Positions 11,334 through 21,350 are shown, counted from the stretch's first letter. The stretch: DNA of 64,000 nt from Verrucomicrobiota bacterium (GCA_047947115.1 CP170459.1:2880001-2944000), one strand, 5' to 3'. Program-made: numbers and translations. Notes: generated from the sequence alone by a model not told the origin.

Positions 11334-12746
11334 ATGAACAAGACAACATTATGCGAGCATCGCCAGGGGCCGGAGCTGAGCCGGCGCCAATGGCTGGAGC
11401 GTTCGACTGCCGGATTTGGCGTCCTGGCCATGCGCTCGTTGTTGGCTGAGGGTGCGATGATGGACAAGCCCAAAAGCGGCATGCCCCACTTTCCTGCTCG
11501 GGCAAAGAGGGTGATCTTTCTTTTCATGCATGGAGGACCTTCCCACATCGATACCTTTGACTACAAACCTTTGCTCAAAAGGGATCACGGCAAACCACTG
11601 CCCTTTGCGAAACCCAGAGTGCAGTTTGCTGAGACGGGTAATTTATTGGCCAGTCCGTGGGAGTTCAAACAATATGGACAGAGTGGTCGTTGGGTTAGTG
11701 AATTGTTTCCGCAGGTGGCTAGGCATTCTGATCAATTGTGTGTGATCAAGTCCATACACGGGTCCAATGAAGCGCACGGTGGGGCGTTGCTCAAAATGCA
11801 CACCGGCTCGGATACCTTTGTGCGGCCCAGTATGGGGGCCTGGGTCAGTTATGGATTGGGGACCGAGAACAGAAACCTGCCAGCATTTATAACCATTCAT
11901 CCCACCCTAGGGCATGGGGGTGTTCAGAACTTTGGAGCCGCCTTTCTTCCAGCCCAACATCAGGGTGTGCGTATCGGGCATCGGGGGGCCGACATCAGGG
12001 ATGTGGGGATCACTAACCTCAAGCCGGCGCTTCCTGATGCCGATGAACAGGCATCGGATCTGGCGTATCTCGATCAGTTAAACCGCTTGGAACTTAAAGA
12101 GAATGGGCCCAATACGGACCTTGAGGCCCGTATTGAATCATTTGAATTGGCCTTTCGTATGCAGATGGAGGCGCCTCCACTTTTTGATGTGTCCAAAGAA
12201 ACCGAGGCAACGCGGAAACTTTATGGCATTGATCAAGAGGGAACCGATGGTTTTGGAAGGCAATGCTTGCTGGCAGCGCGCATGTCCGAGGCGGGAGTTC
12301 GTTTTGTCCAATGTTCACATGGTTACTGGGATCAACACAGCAATCTTGAGAAAGATCATGCTCGGCTTGCCAGAGAGGTCGATCAGCCCATAGCGGGCTT
12401 GTTGAAAGATCTGGCCGGCCGGGGTTTGCTGGAGGATACTCTGGTCATGTGGGGCGGAGAGTTTGGGCGAACCCCGACGGCACAAGGAAAAGATGGTCGG
12501 GATCACAATCCTCATGCATTCACCTGGTGGTTCGCAGGGGGAGGGGTGCGTCCTGGTTTTGAGTATGGTCTCACCGATGACTACGGCTATTACACAGCTG
12601 ACCAAAGAGTGCATGTTCATGATCTACATGCCACACTTCTGCATTTACTGGGCATGGATCATGAAAGGTTGACATATCGCTATGGAGGGAGGGATTTCCG
12701 GTTGACCGACATTGCCGGCGAAATCGTCCACCCTATTCTGGGGTGA
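11334..12746 (+). CDS. DUF1501 domain protein (Tat-exported)
   Basis: SRRQWL Tat motif, AKRVIFLFMHGGPSHIDTFD, WDQH, GEFGRTP, GRDHNP, HDLHAT. Confidence 0.93.
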   Translation: MNKTTLCEHRQGPELSRRQWLERSTAGFGVLAMRSLLAEGAMMDKPKSGMPHFPARAKRVIFLFMHGGPSHIDTFDYKPLLKRDHGKPLPFAKPRVQFAETGNLLASPWEFKQYGQSGRWVSELFPQVARHSDQLCVIKSIHGSNEAHGGALLKMHTGSDTFVRPSMGAWVSYGLGTENRNLPAFITIHPTLGHGGVQNFGAAFLPAQHQGVRIGHRGADIRDVGITNLKPALPDADEQASDLAYLDQLNRLELKENGPNTDLEARIESFELAFRMQMEAPPLFDVSKETEATRKLYGIDQEGTDGFGRQCLLAARMSEAGVRFVQCSHGYWDQHSNLEKDHARLAREVDQPIAGLLKDLAGRGLLEDTLVMWGGEFGRTPTAQGKDGRDHNPHAFTWWFAGGGVRPGFEYGLTDDYGYYTADQRVHVHDLHATLLHLLGMDHERLTYRYGGRDFRLTDIAGEIVHPILG

Positions 12747-12844
12747 ATGTCATGATCATGTCATTTTTTAAATTATCTCATTTTTCCCGCTAAACCCGAC
12801 CACCTTTCTTCCGATTTACTAGGTAGTTCACCCTGTGGATCGCC

Positions 12845-14062
12845 ATGATTTTAAACAGTTCTAAACAAGTTCGGCTTGCTTTTGTCGACAAGCACTCAGA
12901 AGTGCTCGATGGATTCAAGCATTCGTTGGTGGAGGAAAGACCGGATTGGTCAGTACGCTTCTTTGATGATGGACAGCATTTATTGTCGGATATGGAACGT
13001 AGGAAATATGATCTGGTCGTTTCAGATATTCATTTGCCAGGGTTATCCGGAGGGGACTTTCTTCGGACCGTGGCACAAAAAGCTCCGGAGACAGTGCGTG
13101 TGGTTTCTTATGAATTGGAGCGCCAGGAAGATGTGATGACCCATGTTGATGTCTGGAACCAATTTATCACCAAACCATGTGAACCGGATATGCTGATTTC
13201 GGTTGTTGAAGAATCATTATCAATCAAAGAAAAACCACCCGGATTATCTGCTGTGGAAGTTATTAAAAACCTGAAACGTCTGCCTACCATCCCAGCCATT
13301 TATCTGGAGTTGAACCGGTTGTTAAGTGATCCCAACTCGCAACCTGACGATATCGGCGACGTGGTTGCTCGGGATATTGCTTTGACGAGTAGTCTTCTGC
13401 GCATCGGTAACTCCGCTCAGATCGGCCTCCGGCGAAATGTTTCGACGCCGCACGAAGCAGTCAGTTTTCTGGGGGTGGACATCGTCAAGACCCTGGCATT
13501 GGGAGCTAAGTTATTCACCATGTGTGATGATCAAATCCTTCGCCTGCCCTACTTGAGAAATTTGTGGGATCATAGCATGTGCGTAAGCGGTGCCGCGCGC
13601 AAGATCATGAAGGTGCAGGGGGGAAATCGGAAAATGGTGGATGAGGCTATGGTGGCCGGATTGCTACATGATGCCGGAAAGTTGGTTCTCGCGACGAATG
13701 ATCCTCAAAAAACGATGGAAGTCATGAGTTTATGTCGTGAGAAAGAAATCTCGCTCATGAAAGCCGAGGATCTTGTTTTTGGATTCAATCACGGCGATGT
13801 AGGCGGGGTGTTGTTTCGGTTATGGGGTTTGTCGGGCAAAGTGGTTGAAGCGGTTAAATTTCATCATGTTCCGGGTCGCAGTTTGAACAAGGACATGAGT
13901 GTGCTGGCCGCCCTGCACGTGGCTGAAATGGTGAGTCAACCATTAGGTGAGGGGAGTTACGGCCAATGGAGTCAGGAAGATATCAATCTTGAATATATGC
14001 AATCGGTTGGAATGGAAGGGGATTTGGTTGATTGGAAACGTCGTGTGGATGATTTTGAATGA
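12845..14062 (+). CDS. Response regulator receiver + HDOD domain protein
   Basis: N-terminal receiver (VVSDIHLPG, FITKP) followed by HDOD (LPTIP, NSA, LWDHS, GLLHDAGK, FHH). Confidence 0.88.
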   Translation: MILNSSKQVRLAFVDKHSEVLDGFKHSLVEERPDWSVRFFDDGQHLLSDMERRKYDLVVSDIHLPGLSGGDFLRTVAQKAPETVRVVSYELERQEDVMTHVDVWNQFITKPCEPDMLISVVEESLSIKEKPPGLSAVEVIKNLKRLPTIPAIYLELNRLLSDPNSQPDDIGDVVARDIALTSSLLRIGNSAQIGLRRNVSTPHEAVSFLGVDIVKTLALGAKLFTMCDDQILRLPYLRNLWDHSMCVSGAARKIMKVQGGNRKMVDEAMVAGLLHDAGKLVLATNDPQKTMEVMSLCREKEISLMKAEDLVFGFNHGDVGGVLFRLWGLSGKVVEAVKFHHVPGRSLNKDMSVLAALHVAEMVSQPLGEGSYGQWSQEDINLEYMQSVGMEGDLVDWKRRVDDFE

Positions 14063-14109
14063 TCCCGTTTGCTCGAGATGAAATTTTTACCCAATAAGGA
14101 GAATCCCAA

Positions 14110-14874
14110 ATGATTATGAAATCAAACGAACATCGTGTCGATGCATTGTCCTGGCCTCATCAAGTTGCCTCCATGGGGCATCGCCACTTCGATGATGTGT
14201 CCCAAACATGTCTCGATCTAGGAACCAAATACATGCAGATGCCATACGGTGTGATCAGCAGCATTCATCGGAATGTTTATCGCATTGACAAGGTGTTTGG
14301 CCGGCCTCCGGGACTAGAAGTGGATGATGAATGGTCGGTTGAAGAGACTCCATGTTTTCGAGTGCTCGCTGCAGAATGCATTTTTTCCTGTCCGGATTTA
14401 TTGGAGGATAAGGGAGCGGATTTTGCCATATTTGCTCAAAAGCATGGAATACGTGGTTTCATCTCTGCTCCTATCTGGGTCAACCAATCGGTGCAGGGAA
14501 CCTTGAGTTTTTTTTCCAATGAAGTGCAGGAAACGGTTGATCCGAAAATAGCCCAGGCACTCGAACTTGCGGCATTTGGACTTTATCGATTCCTGGAATT
14601 TGAGCATTTCAAGAATATCCGTGAACTGATGAACATTCAGTTGAAGGAAGCCCTTGAGGATGTCAAGGCACTCCACGGATTGCTCCCCATATGTGCCAGT
14701 TGCAAGAAAATCAGAGATGTGGATGGTCTATGGGGCAAATTCGAAGAATATGTAGCCAAGCATTCTCTGGCACAGCTTTCGCACGGCTTGTGCAAGCCGT
14801 GCGTGAAGGATCTGTATGGATTTGATCCGGACGAAATGGATTCTGAAGAGGAAGAATGTTCGTGTGGAGGCTGA
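14110..14874 (+). CDS. GAF domain protein with a C-terminal Cys-rich module
   Basis: GAF-like ETPC...FISAPIWV..GTLSF, then a coiled coil and LLPICASCKKIRD...SHGLCKPC. Confidence 0.8.
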   Translation: MIMKSNEHRVDALSWPHQVASMGHRHFDDVSQTCLDLGTKYMQMPYGVISSIHRNVYRIDKVFGRPPGLEVDDEWSVEETPCFRVLAAECIFSCPDLLEDKGADFAIFAQKHGIRGFISAPIWVNQSVQGTLSFFSNEVQETVDPKIAQALELAAFGLYRFLEFEHFKNIRELMNIQLKEALEDVKALHGLLPICASCKKIRDVDGLWGKFEEYVAKHSLAQLSHGLCKPCVKDLYGFDPDEMDSEEEECSCGG

Positions 14875-16032
14875 TCAGTCTTCCAGTGTGAAGTCTTCGG
14901 GAAAGGCTGCAATGGTTTCCTGAATGGTGTTCTCATCTTCTATGACCGTATCATTCAGGATAATTCGATAGAAGCGGCGTTTTTTGCCGATGGCTTTGTC
15001 ATCTTGAATGGTGATTGGTCGTGTTTGAAACGAAAAAGAGAAGACGTCAGACCAGTTTTCGAAATCATCGGAAGCCTGAGCCTTGAAGGGCAAACCTCTT
15101 GGTCCAGTGATAGACATGCGTGATTTGGAGTCGGGTAGGACTTGAACGTTCTCCATTCTTATGGGAGTGCTGTTAATGAGGGATGTGCGATAATACCTCG
15201 GGCCGGTTGGTGCCGCTTCCTCGTCAACAAGGGTCAAGTCCCGTCCTTTCAACGTTTCCAGAGCAATCGGTTGCCATACTTTTTTATCATTGGAAGCGTA
15301 AACGATGATGGTTTGATCGCGTGGACCTCGAACGGTGATGACCGGTGCCTGGCCTGCTTTGCGTTTCAGGGTCTTAAATTTAACCGAGAAATCGATTTCA
15401 GCTGTGATTCTGCAGGAAAAATTGGCGATTGGATCCCCGTTGAACCGCCAAGGCGTCCAGCCATTGCCTTGTTTTACCCAGATATCATCAAAGCTTTTTC
15501 CAACGAGAACGGGGTCTCTCAGCAACAAGCTCGCACGGTCGGTGCTCCGACCGCTCAAACCAACAAATTCAACCGTGAAAGTAAAGCTGTCCGGCACATC
15601 GACCGCAATGTCGTCAATGATTGCCGTATTATAGTCAGGGAAGATGGTAAAGGGTGCGCTTTCGAACAGAAGGGTGCCGGGGCTCGATGCCTCGAAGGTT
15701 TCCTCTCCGTCGTTGGCGTAAAATCGAACGATGCAGGTCTCATCTCCTTCAGGTTCGAATTGACCCAGATATTCAAATTCAAACTTGGTGACTTTTCGTC
15801 CGTCTCCAGCGAGTAAAATTTCGTCGCCATATTCGATTGTCCTGGGGTATTGCCCCGTGATTTTGCCCAAGATGTTGTCATAGACGACTTCCTCTGAGAC
15901 GAATTGAGCATTAACGAGCGTGATGAAACCGGCGCATCCGAAGGCGATCATGCCTGCGTATGCTCTTTTGATAACGGATGATGGTGCGTTAAACATACCT
16001 GCCTTTCTTGGAAAAAACGAATGCCGAACCAA
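14875..16032 (-). CDS. Secreted hypothetical protein with two tandem C-terminal (A/Q)S-x-D-xxx-W...(F/Y)YR domains
   Basis: Hydrophobic signal ending VNA-Q; repeats YASNDKKVW...RYYRT and QASDDFENW...RFYRI. The true start may lie downstream of 16032. Confidence 0.7.
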   Translation of the reverse strand: MVRHSFFPRKAGMFNAPSSVIKRAYAGMIAFGCAGFITLVNAQFVSEEVVYDNILGKITGQYPRTIEYGDEILLAGDGRKVTKFEFEYLGQFEPEGDETCIVRFYANDGEETFEASSPGTLLFESAPFTIFPDYNTAIIDDIAVDVPDSFTFTVEFVGLSGRSTDRASLLLRDPVLVGKSFDDIWVKQGNGWTPWRFNGDPIANFSCRITAEIDFSVKFKTLKRKAGQAPVITVRGPRDQTIIVYASNDKKVWQPIALETLKGRDLTLVDEEAAPTGPRYYRTSLINSTPIRMENVQVLPDSKSRMSITGPRGLPFKAQASDDFENWSDVFSFSFQTRPITIQDDKAIGKKRRFYRIILNDTVIEDENTIQETIAAFPEDFTLED

Positions 16033-16069
16033 TTATCCGCCTAGGAAGTCAGTCGTTTACGGATTGAAT

Positions 16070-16145
<76 letters not shown>

Positions 16146-16238
16146 ATGGCGCTTAATTTCGATGCAATCATTCGATTTGTCAAATGGTAAGCACAAAAAA
16201 TGCCAAAATCATTTTTGAGAATGAAACTTTTCGCATTT

Positions 16239-17477
16239 TTAGAGCTGCGAGGGGTGAGTCATGAGTTCGCTAATGCGCGTTAAAAGACGCCCGGCAGCGC
16301 CCCCATCCAGCACCCGGTGATCGAAGCTCAAAGTGAGTTGGGATTCTGTCACCGGCACAAAACTTGACGTGGATTCATCCCAGAAAGGAACCTTTCGTCC
16401 CGCTCCCATGCCCAACACCAAGGTTTGTTCGGGAAGGGGAATGGGCGTGGCCCAGGTCAGGCCGAACGTCCCGAAATTGGTGACCGTGGCGATGGAACTG
16501 CCTGTTGCGTTGGGTGGCAGTTTCCTGAGTCGCGCCGATGTTACCAGGTTGTTATAGGTTTCCACCATGTTGGTGACAGACGTTTTATCGGCATGACGAA
16601 TGACTGGAACCAGCACTCCGTCCTCGGCTTCCACGGCAAACCCAATGTCAATCGATGTTGGATGCGCGATTTTGTTGCCGATCAATCTGCCTGCAGTGGC
16701 ACTGTTTTCCGAAAGAGCGATGGCCAGTGCCCGGATCGCAAAAAGTGCGGGCCCGGGTTTTGGATTGAGCTTGGCGCGGTGGGACAATAGTGCATCCATT
16801 CTGACCGGAGTACCCACGGTGGCCAGCGGACGTGTCCAACTGCGGCGCATGGCGTCCGCTACCGCCACTCTCATTGAAGAGGCTTGTGTGAGTCGAGTCT
16901 GCTCCAGTTGGGTGAGAAATTTTTCAAAGTCCTGAATAGTCAGCCGTCCCCCGGCACCACTTCCGGCAATTCCCGCCAGATCCGCTTCTCTCAATCCCAA
17001 TTCATACATGCGCGCCTTCATTCGGGGAGACATGTATTGCGCCCCTACAAAGTGAGCCGGTACTGGCAGACCTTTGATGGTGGGCTTCACCACCGAGAAC
17101 GAACTTTCACCGCCCGTCGGCGTCGATGCGGCCTGGTTTGAAACGGATTGTTCCGTGTGTTGTGCGGATGAAAATACTTTCGATGTCTCTGGAGTTATGG
17201 AATTTTCAGGCTTGGAGGATGTCTGTTCGGGCGAGGCCTCACTTCGTACCTGGCCAAGAACATCGCCGACCGCGTAACTTTCCCCGATTTCAACGGTGTA
17301 CGCGTCAATGAATCCATCGCAGGGAGCGGTGACATTCATCGTGGCTTTCTGGGTTTCCACCTCGATGATGTCCTGACCTGCGGTAACGCTTTCGCCCTGG
17401 TGGACCAGCAGGTCGATGATCGTCGCTTCCGCGATGGACTCTCCCAGTTGAGGCATGATGATGGGGGTTAAAGACAT
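16239..17477 (-). CDS. 2-oxoacid dehydrogenase E2 (dihydrolipoamide acyltransferase)
   Basis: MPQLGES and lipoyl site VETQKA, E3-binding GSGAGGRL, catalytic DHRVLDG. Start set at ATG 17477. Confidence 0.93.
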   Translation of the reverse strand: MSLTPIIMPQLGESIAEATIIDLLVHQGESVTAGQDIIEVETQKATMNVTAPCDGFIDAYTVEIGESYAVGDVLGQVRSEASPEQTSSKPENSITPETSKVFSSAQHTEQSVSNQAASTPTGGESSFSVVKPTIKGLPVPAHFVGAQYMSPRMKARMYELGLREADLAGIAGSGAGGRLTIQDFEKFLTQLEQTRLTQASSMRVAVADAMRRSWTRPLATVGTPVRMDALLSHRAKLNPKPGPALFAIRALAIALSENSATAGRLIGNKIAHPTSIDIGFAVEAEDGVLVPVIRHADKTSVTNMVETYNNLVTSARLRKLPPNATGSSIATVTNFGTFGLTWATPIPLPEQTLVLGMGAGRKVPFWDESTSSFVPVTESQLTLSFDHRVLDGGAAGRLLTRISELMTHPSQL

Positions 17478-17511
17478 AGGCTTTCGATGATTGATGAGAT
17501 GTCGTTCAAAG

Positions 17512-18477
17512 TTAAATTCTGAGCAGGTGACGTGAAGCTGCAACGATGCTCTGTGCTGTGGGGCGATGGACCGACCATAGCCTTGGATGATAAGGGATCG
17601 GGGTATCTTTGGCGTTGATCCGCTGGGGGGGGGCATCCAGCAGATTGAATCCTTCCGCCACCACTCGGCTGATAACCTCCGCATTGACACCTCCCCAGGG
17701 CCATTCCTCCGCCACACACAACAATCTTCCCGTGCGTGCCACGGATGCAATGATGGTGTCGGTGTCGATGGGTTTGACAGTCCGCAAATCGACCACTTCG
17801 ATCTGAATGCCGTCCTGCGCCATCTCTTTGGCGGCTTCGAGACACTCATGCACCATGGCGCTATAAGTGACAATGGTCATGTCCCTGCCTTCGCGCGCAA
17901 TACGTGCCTTGCCGATTGGCAGAGCTTCCTGTGGCAGGGATTTTGCCTTGAGATGGAAATAAAGATACTTGTGCTCGCAGAAAACTACCGGATCGTCCAG
18001 CGTCACTGATTCAATTAACATGCTGTAGGCATCTTCAACCGTCGCAGGTGTGCAGACAATGAGTCCGGGGAAATGGGCGTATATGGATTCGAGACACTGG
18101 CTGTGAAAGGGGCCGCCTCCTGAAGTGCCTCCGCTGGGCAACCTTAATGTGATCGGGCATGGCACTTCGGTTCGCCAGAACAAGGTGGCAGCCTGGTTGA
18201 CCATTTGATTGAACCCAACTGTTGAAAAATCTGCGAATTGAACCTCGATGATGGGGCGAAGCCCCTCGATGGCTGCCCCGACGGCGGAACCAATCATGGC
18301 GTCTTCGCTGATGGGAGCGTCGATGACCCGGCCTGGAAATTCGGTTGCCAGGTTTTTCGTCGCCTTGAACGCTCCGCCGAATGCTCCCACATCCTGACCG
18401 TAAATATAAACTCTGGGGTCGTTCTTCAGCAGGTAGGCTTGCGCTTCCCGGATGGCTTCTAAGTAGGTGATGCTCAT
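17512..18477 (-). CDS. 2-oxoacid dehydrogenase E1 beta subunit
   Basis: GQDVG..GGAF, DAPISE, EVQFADF, FHSQ, DLRTVKP. Confidence 0.95.
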   Translation of the reverse strand: MSITYLEAIREAQAYLLKNDPRVYIYGQDVGAFGGAFKATKNLATEFPGRVIDAPISEDAMIGSAVGAAIEGLRPIIEVQFADFSTVGFNQMVNQAATLFWRTEVPCPITLRLPSGGTSGGGPFHSQCLESIYAHFPGLIVCTPATVEDAYSMLIESVTLDDPVVFCEHKYLYFHLKAKSLPQEALPIGKARIAREGRDMTIVTYSAMVHECLEAAKEMAQDGIQIEVVDLRTVKPIDTDTIIASVARTGRLLCVAEEWPWGGVNAEVISRVVAEGFNLLDAPPQRINAKDTPIPYHPRLWSVHRPTAQSIVAASRHLLRI

Positions 18478-18508
18478 TGGATGATCTTGATGGAACCGCT
18501 CAGGGCCT

Positions 18509-19516
18509 TCATTTGGCGATCCCGTTGGCCTGTTCGTTCAGTTCGCGTGTTGCCAGAGGGTTCCAGCTGTGGGTGTAAGGATCCGGACCACCTTCCTGTT
18601 TGACAATGGAGATGGAATGATTGATGTCTTTCTGGGTGGAGGTTTCCCACTCCTGTAGTTCCTGATCCGAAAATCCGTGTTGGGAAGTCATCAGCGTTCG
18701 AGCCAGTTCCATGCAGTCCTTTCCAACGTTTGATTGCTTCATGTCATCGGTGACATAATGGGCGTCATCATGTTCTCCATGGCCGCACAAGCGAAGGAGT
18801 TCGGCCACGATCAACTGAGGTCCTTCTCCTTCTCGTGCCTTTCGAGCGGCTGATTGCAGTGTGTTCCAGCAACTCTCGAGATCCGTTCCATCCACTTCAT
18901 GAGCGGTGACCCCGTATCCGACAGCTTTGTCGGTCAGCTTCTTGCAGGCAAACTGCATCGTAGTGGGGGTGGAATAGGCATATTGATTATTGACAACCAC
19001 CAGCAACAGGGGAAGTTTTTCGATGGCAGCCTGATTCAATGCTTCATGAAATGCGCCGGTGGATGTTGCGCCTTCACCGATGCAAGCAGCACCCATAAAG
19101 CCGGATTCACCTTTCATGCGTTTGGCCATCAGGGCTCCGTTGACCACGGAAATGGAGGCTCCCAGATGACTGATCATGGCCATGCATCCTTCCCTTGGGC
19201 GCCCTCTATGGACATTGCCGTCCCTGGCACGCATGGGGCCCAGGGGCGAGCCAAGGCAGTTTCGCAAGGCATCCAGAACCGTTTCGCCGAACGCCAGACG
19301 TCCGGCCCCGTCGCGAATCAACGGGGCATAGATGTCCCCTTTACGAAGGGCCATGCCGACCGACACGCTGAGAGCTTCCTGTCCTTTTCCTAAAAATACG
19401 CCCCCAAATATGTCTCCCGCACGATAGAGTTGGGCGAGTCTTTCGTCCAACTTTCTTGCTGTCAACATGTAGCGATAAGCTTGCTCGATTGTTTCCCTGT
19501 TTAGTTCCTGATTCAT
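18509..19516 (-). CDS. 2-oxoacid dehydrogenase E1 alpha subunit (TPP-dependent)
   Basis: GQEA, TPP motif GEGATS...NNQYA, and RLCGHGEHD. Confidence 0.93.
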   Translation of the reverse strand: MNQELNRETIEQAYRYMLTARKLDERLAQLYRAGDIFGGVFLGKGQEALSVSVGMALRKGDIYAPLIRDGAGRLAFGETVLDALRNCLGSPLGPMRARDGNVHRGRPREGCMAMISHLGASISVVNGALMAKRMKGESGFMGAACIGEGATSTGAFHEALNQAAIEKLPLLLVVVNNQYAYSTPTTMQFACKKLTDKAVGYGVTAHEVDGTDLESCWNTLQSAARKAREGEGPQLIVAELLRLCGHGEHDDAHYVTDDMKQSNVGKDCMELARTLMTSQHGFSDQELQEWETSTQKDINHSISIVKQEGGPDPYTHSWNPLATRELNEQANGIAK

Positions 19517-19607
19517 TCGAGATATCCCGTGCTCGTAAAGCACGCTATTTCCCTGATACTAATTGCCCGAGTCTGCCGGTGGCAATGGTTTATATTTTTC
19601 CATGGCC

Positions 19608-19623
19608 TGGCAAAAAAGTTGCA
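19608..19623 (+). promoter_or_regulatory. Candidate sigma-54 (-24/-12) promoter
   Basis: TGGCAAAAAAGTTGCA gives exact GG-N10-GC spacing with TGGCA and TTGCA boxes, about 140 nt upstream of the 19764 CDS. Confidence 0.4.
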
Positions 19624-19763
19624 TCGTTTTTCATTTTTGCGAGAAATCTCCAAAAAAATTGAACCAAATCCTCTTTGCGGGCGTCCACATGCATATCGCC
19701 GGGAGCTTGGCCGTGTGATTAAATGCGACTTGCCTCCCGATCATCGCAACGTAGACTGAAGCC

Positions 19764-20696
19764 ATGTTGAAAAGAATTGGAATCATTGGTGCACTCGTTC
19801 TGGGAGCTGTTTTCGGTCTCCAGGCACAAGTTGAGGTGTCACTGGAGTTCAAAAAGGATTTCTTCCTCGCTCATGAGGAAATGATCGCCGAAGTTAAAAT
19901 TGTCAATTTCTCCGGTAGAACACTAACCTTCGGTCAGGATCAGGACTGGCTCCAATTCACCGTGGAATCACGCAACGAGTTTCCAGTAGAAAAAAGCGGC
20001 GATCTGGATATCGTTGAAACTTTTGAAGTCCCGAATGCCAGCCGTGGTATTCGGCGTGTGCATCTTGTTCCAACCTATAAAATTGACAAGCCGGGGCGTT
20101 ACCGGATTACTGCGTTTGTCAGCGTTCCCGAATTGAACATGACCAAGGCAACGCCTCCGGTGGAAATCGGATTGCTCTCAGCCTCTGTGATTTGGGAGCG
20201 ACCTGTGGGGGTGGTCATCAATGAAGCAGACCCTTCAGCCCCTATTTCCGTCCGTAAATATTTTCTCATGCGGGCGGTAAATGAAAAAAGCATCGATCTT
20301 TATGTCAAAGTCACCGATCAGTACGAAAAGGACATCTTCGGAGTGTATACTTTGGGAAACATTGTCAGTTTTGGGGAACCGGAGCGTCAGGTCGATCGAT
20401 TCAGCAATCTGCATGTGCTCATGCAAAACGGCGCCCGCACCTTTCGCTATACGATTGTCAAGCCGGATGGAAAAGTATTGCTCCGGCAGAAGTGGGCCTA
20501 TTCCAACACGCGTCCGCAACTTTCCCTGGGGAACGATGGTTTGATTCAGGTGAAGGGAGGGGTCCGCCAAGCCAGTTTTGAAGATATTCCCACTCCCGAA
20601 CAGATTAATGAAGTGCGGGAACGCAACGCAGACCCTGTCGCTGCGCCTCAATCCGGCTCCGCGGAATTAACCCAGAACAATCCGGATAAGGAATAA
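19764..20696 (+). CDS. Exported hypothetical protein
   Basis: Clear signal peptide (MLKRIGIIGALVLGAVFGLQA-Q) and a beta-rich body; no family recognised. Confidence 0.8.
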   Translation: MLKRIGIIGALVLGAVFGLQAQVEVSLEFKKDFFLAHEEMIAEVKIVNFSGRTLTFGQDQDWLQFTVESRNEFPVEKSGDLDIVETFEVPNASRGIRRVHLVPTYKIDKPGRYRITAFVSVPELNMTKATPPVEIGLLSASVIWERPVGVVINEADPSAPISVRKYFLMRAVNEKSIDLYVKVTDQYEKDIFGVYTLGNIVSFGEPERQVDRFSNLHVLMQNGARTFRYTIVKPDGKVLLRQKWAYSNTRPQLSLGNDGLIQVKGGVRQASFEDIPTPEQINEVRERNADPVAAPQSGSAELTQNNPDKE

Positions 20697-20801
20697 TCCG
20701 CCCTTGTGGGGTAAAAAAGAACTCACCTTTCCGCAGAGGGGGTGATGCTGAAAGGGCTCCAGGGGGTAAAGGACCTTGCTCTTGAGTGTGGCACTCGATC
20801 A

Positions 20802-21350
20802 CTATCCCACCATCATCACCGTCTGATTCTGATGGAGGAAGCAGATCTTGTCCGCGATGTCATCCAAAGTCGCCATCAGGTAATCCCGATGACCATTTCC
20901 AATCCAGGGTGAATTTAACATCAGAGAGACGCACCCCATCGAATGAGCGGCAGCCGCGTCCTGCCACTTGTCACTGACCACATAGGAGTGATCCATATCG
21001 ATGCGGTATTGATGTTCCAACTCTTTGAAAAGTCCGGTGTTAGGTTTTGCACAGGGGCAGGGATCCGAGGTTTCGTGAGGGCATATCAGCACATCGTCAA
21101 TCTTCAACCTGGCTCGCATGATTTGATGCATGCGCTCCAATTCTCTCCGATCCAAGTCACCTGTCGCCAGCATGGGTTGATGGGTGGTGACAAAAATTTT
21201 GAGGTTCAACGACCTCAGTTTTGAGATGAATGGAATGACCTCCGGATTGATCTGAAACTCCTCAACACATGTCGGAGGCACGGGCTTGCTTTGCCCCAAC
21301 GGATATCGATTGACAATACCATCCCTTTCTAAGAAGATCGCCGGTTTCAT
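20802..21350 (-). CDS. HAD-IIIA GmhB/HisB-like phosphatase homolog with a degenerate active site
   Basis: PAIFLERDG (canonical DRDG), CPH..CPCAKP zinc site, SDKWQD. Confidence 0.8.
   Translation of the reverse strand: MKPAIFLERDGIVNRYPLGQSKPVPPTCVEEFQINPEVIPFISKLRSLNLKIFVTTHQPMLATGDLDRRELERMHQIMRARLKIDDVLICPHETSDPCPCAKPNTGLFKELEHQYRIDMDHSYVVSDKWQDAAAAHSMGCVSLMLNSPWIGNGHRDYLMATLDDIADKICFLHQNQTVMMVG

Noticed and set aside
17478..17873. 132-aa N-terminal extension of E2
   Set aside because: Overlaps E1 beta; the lipoyl domain begins at MSLTPIIMPQLGES.
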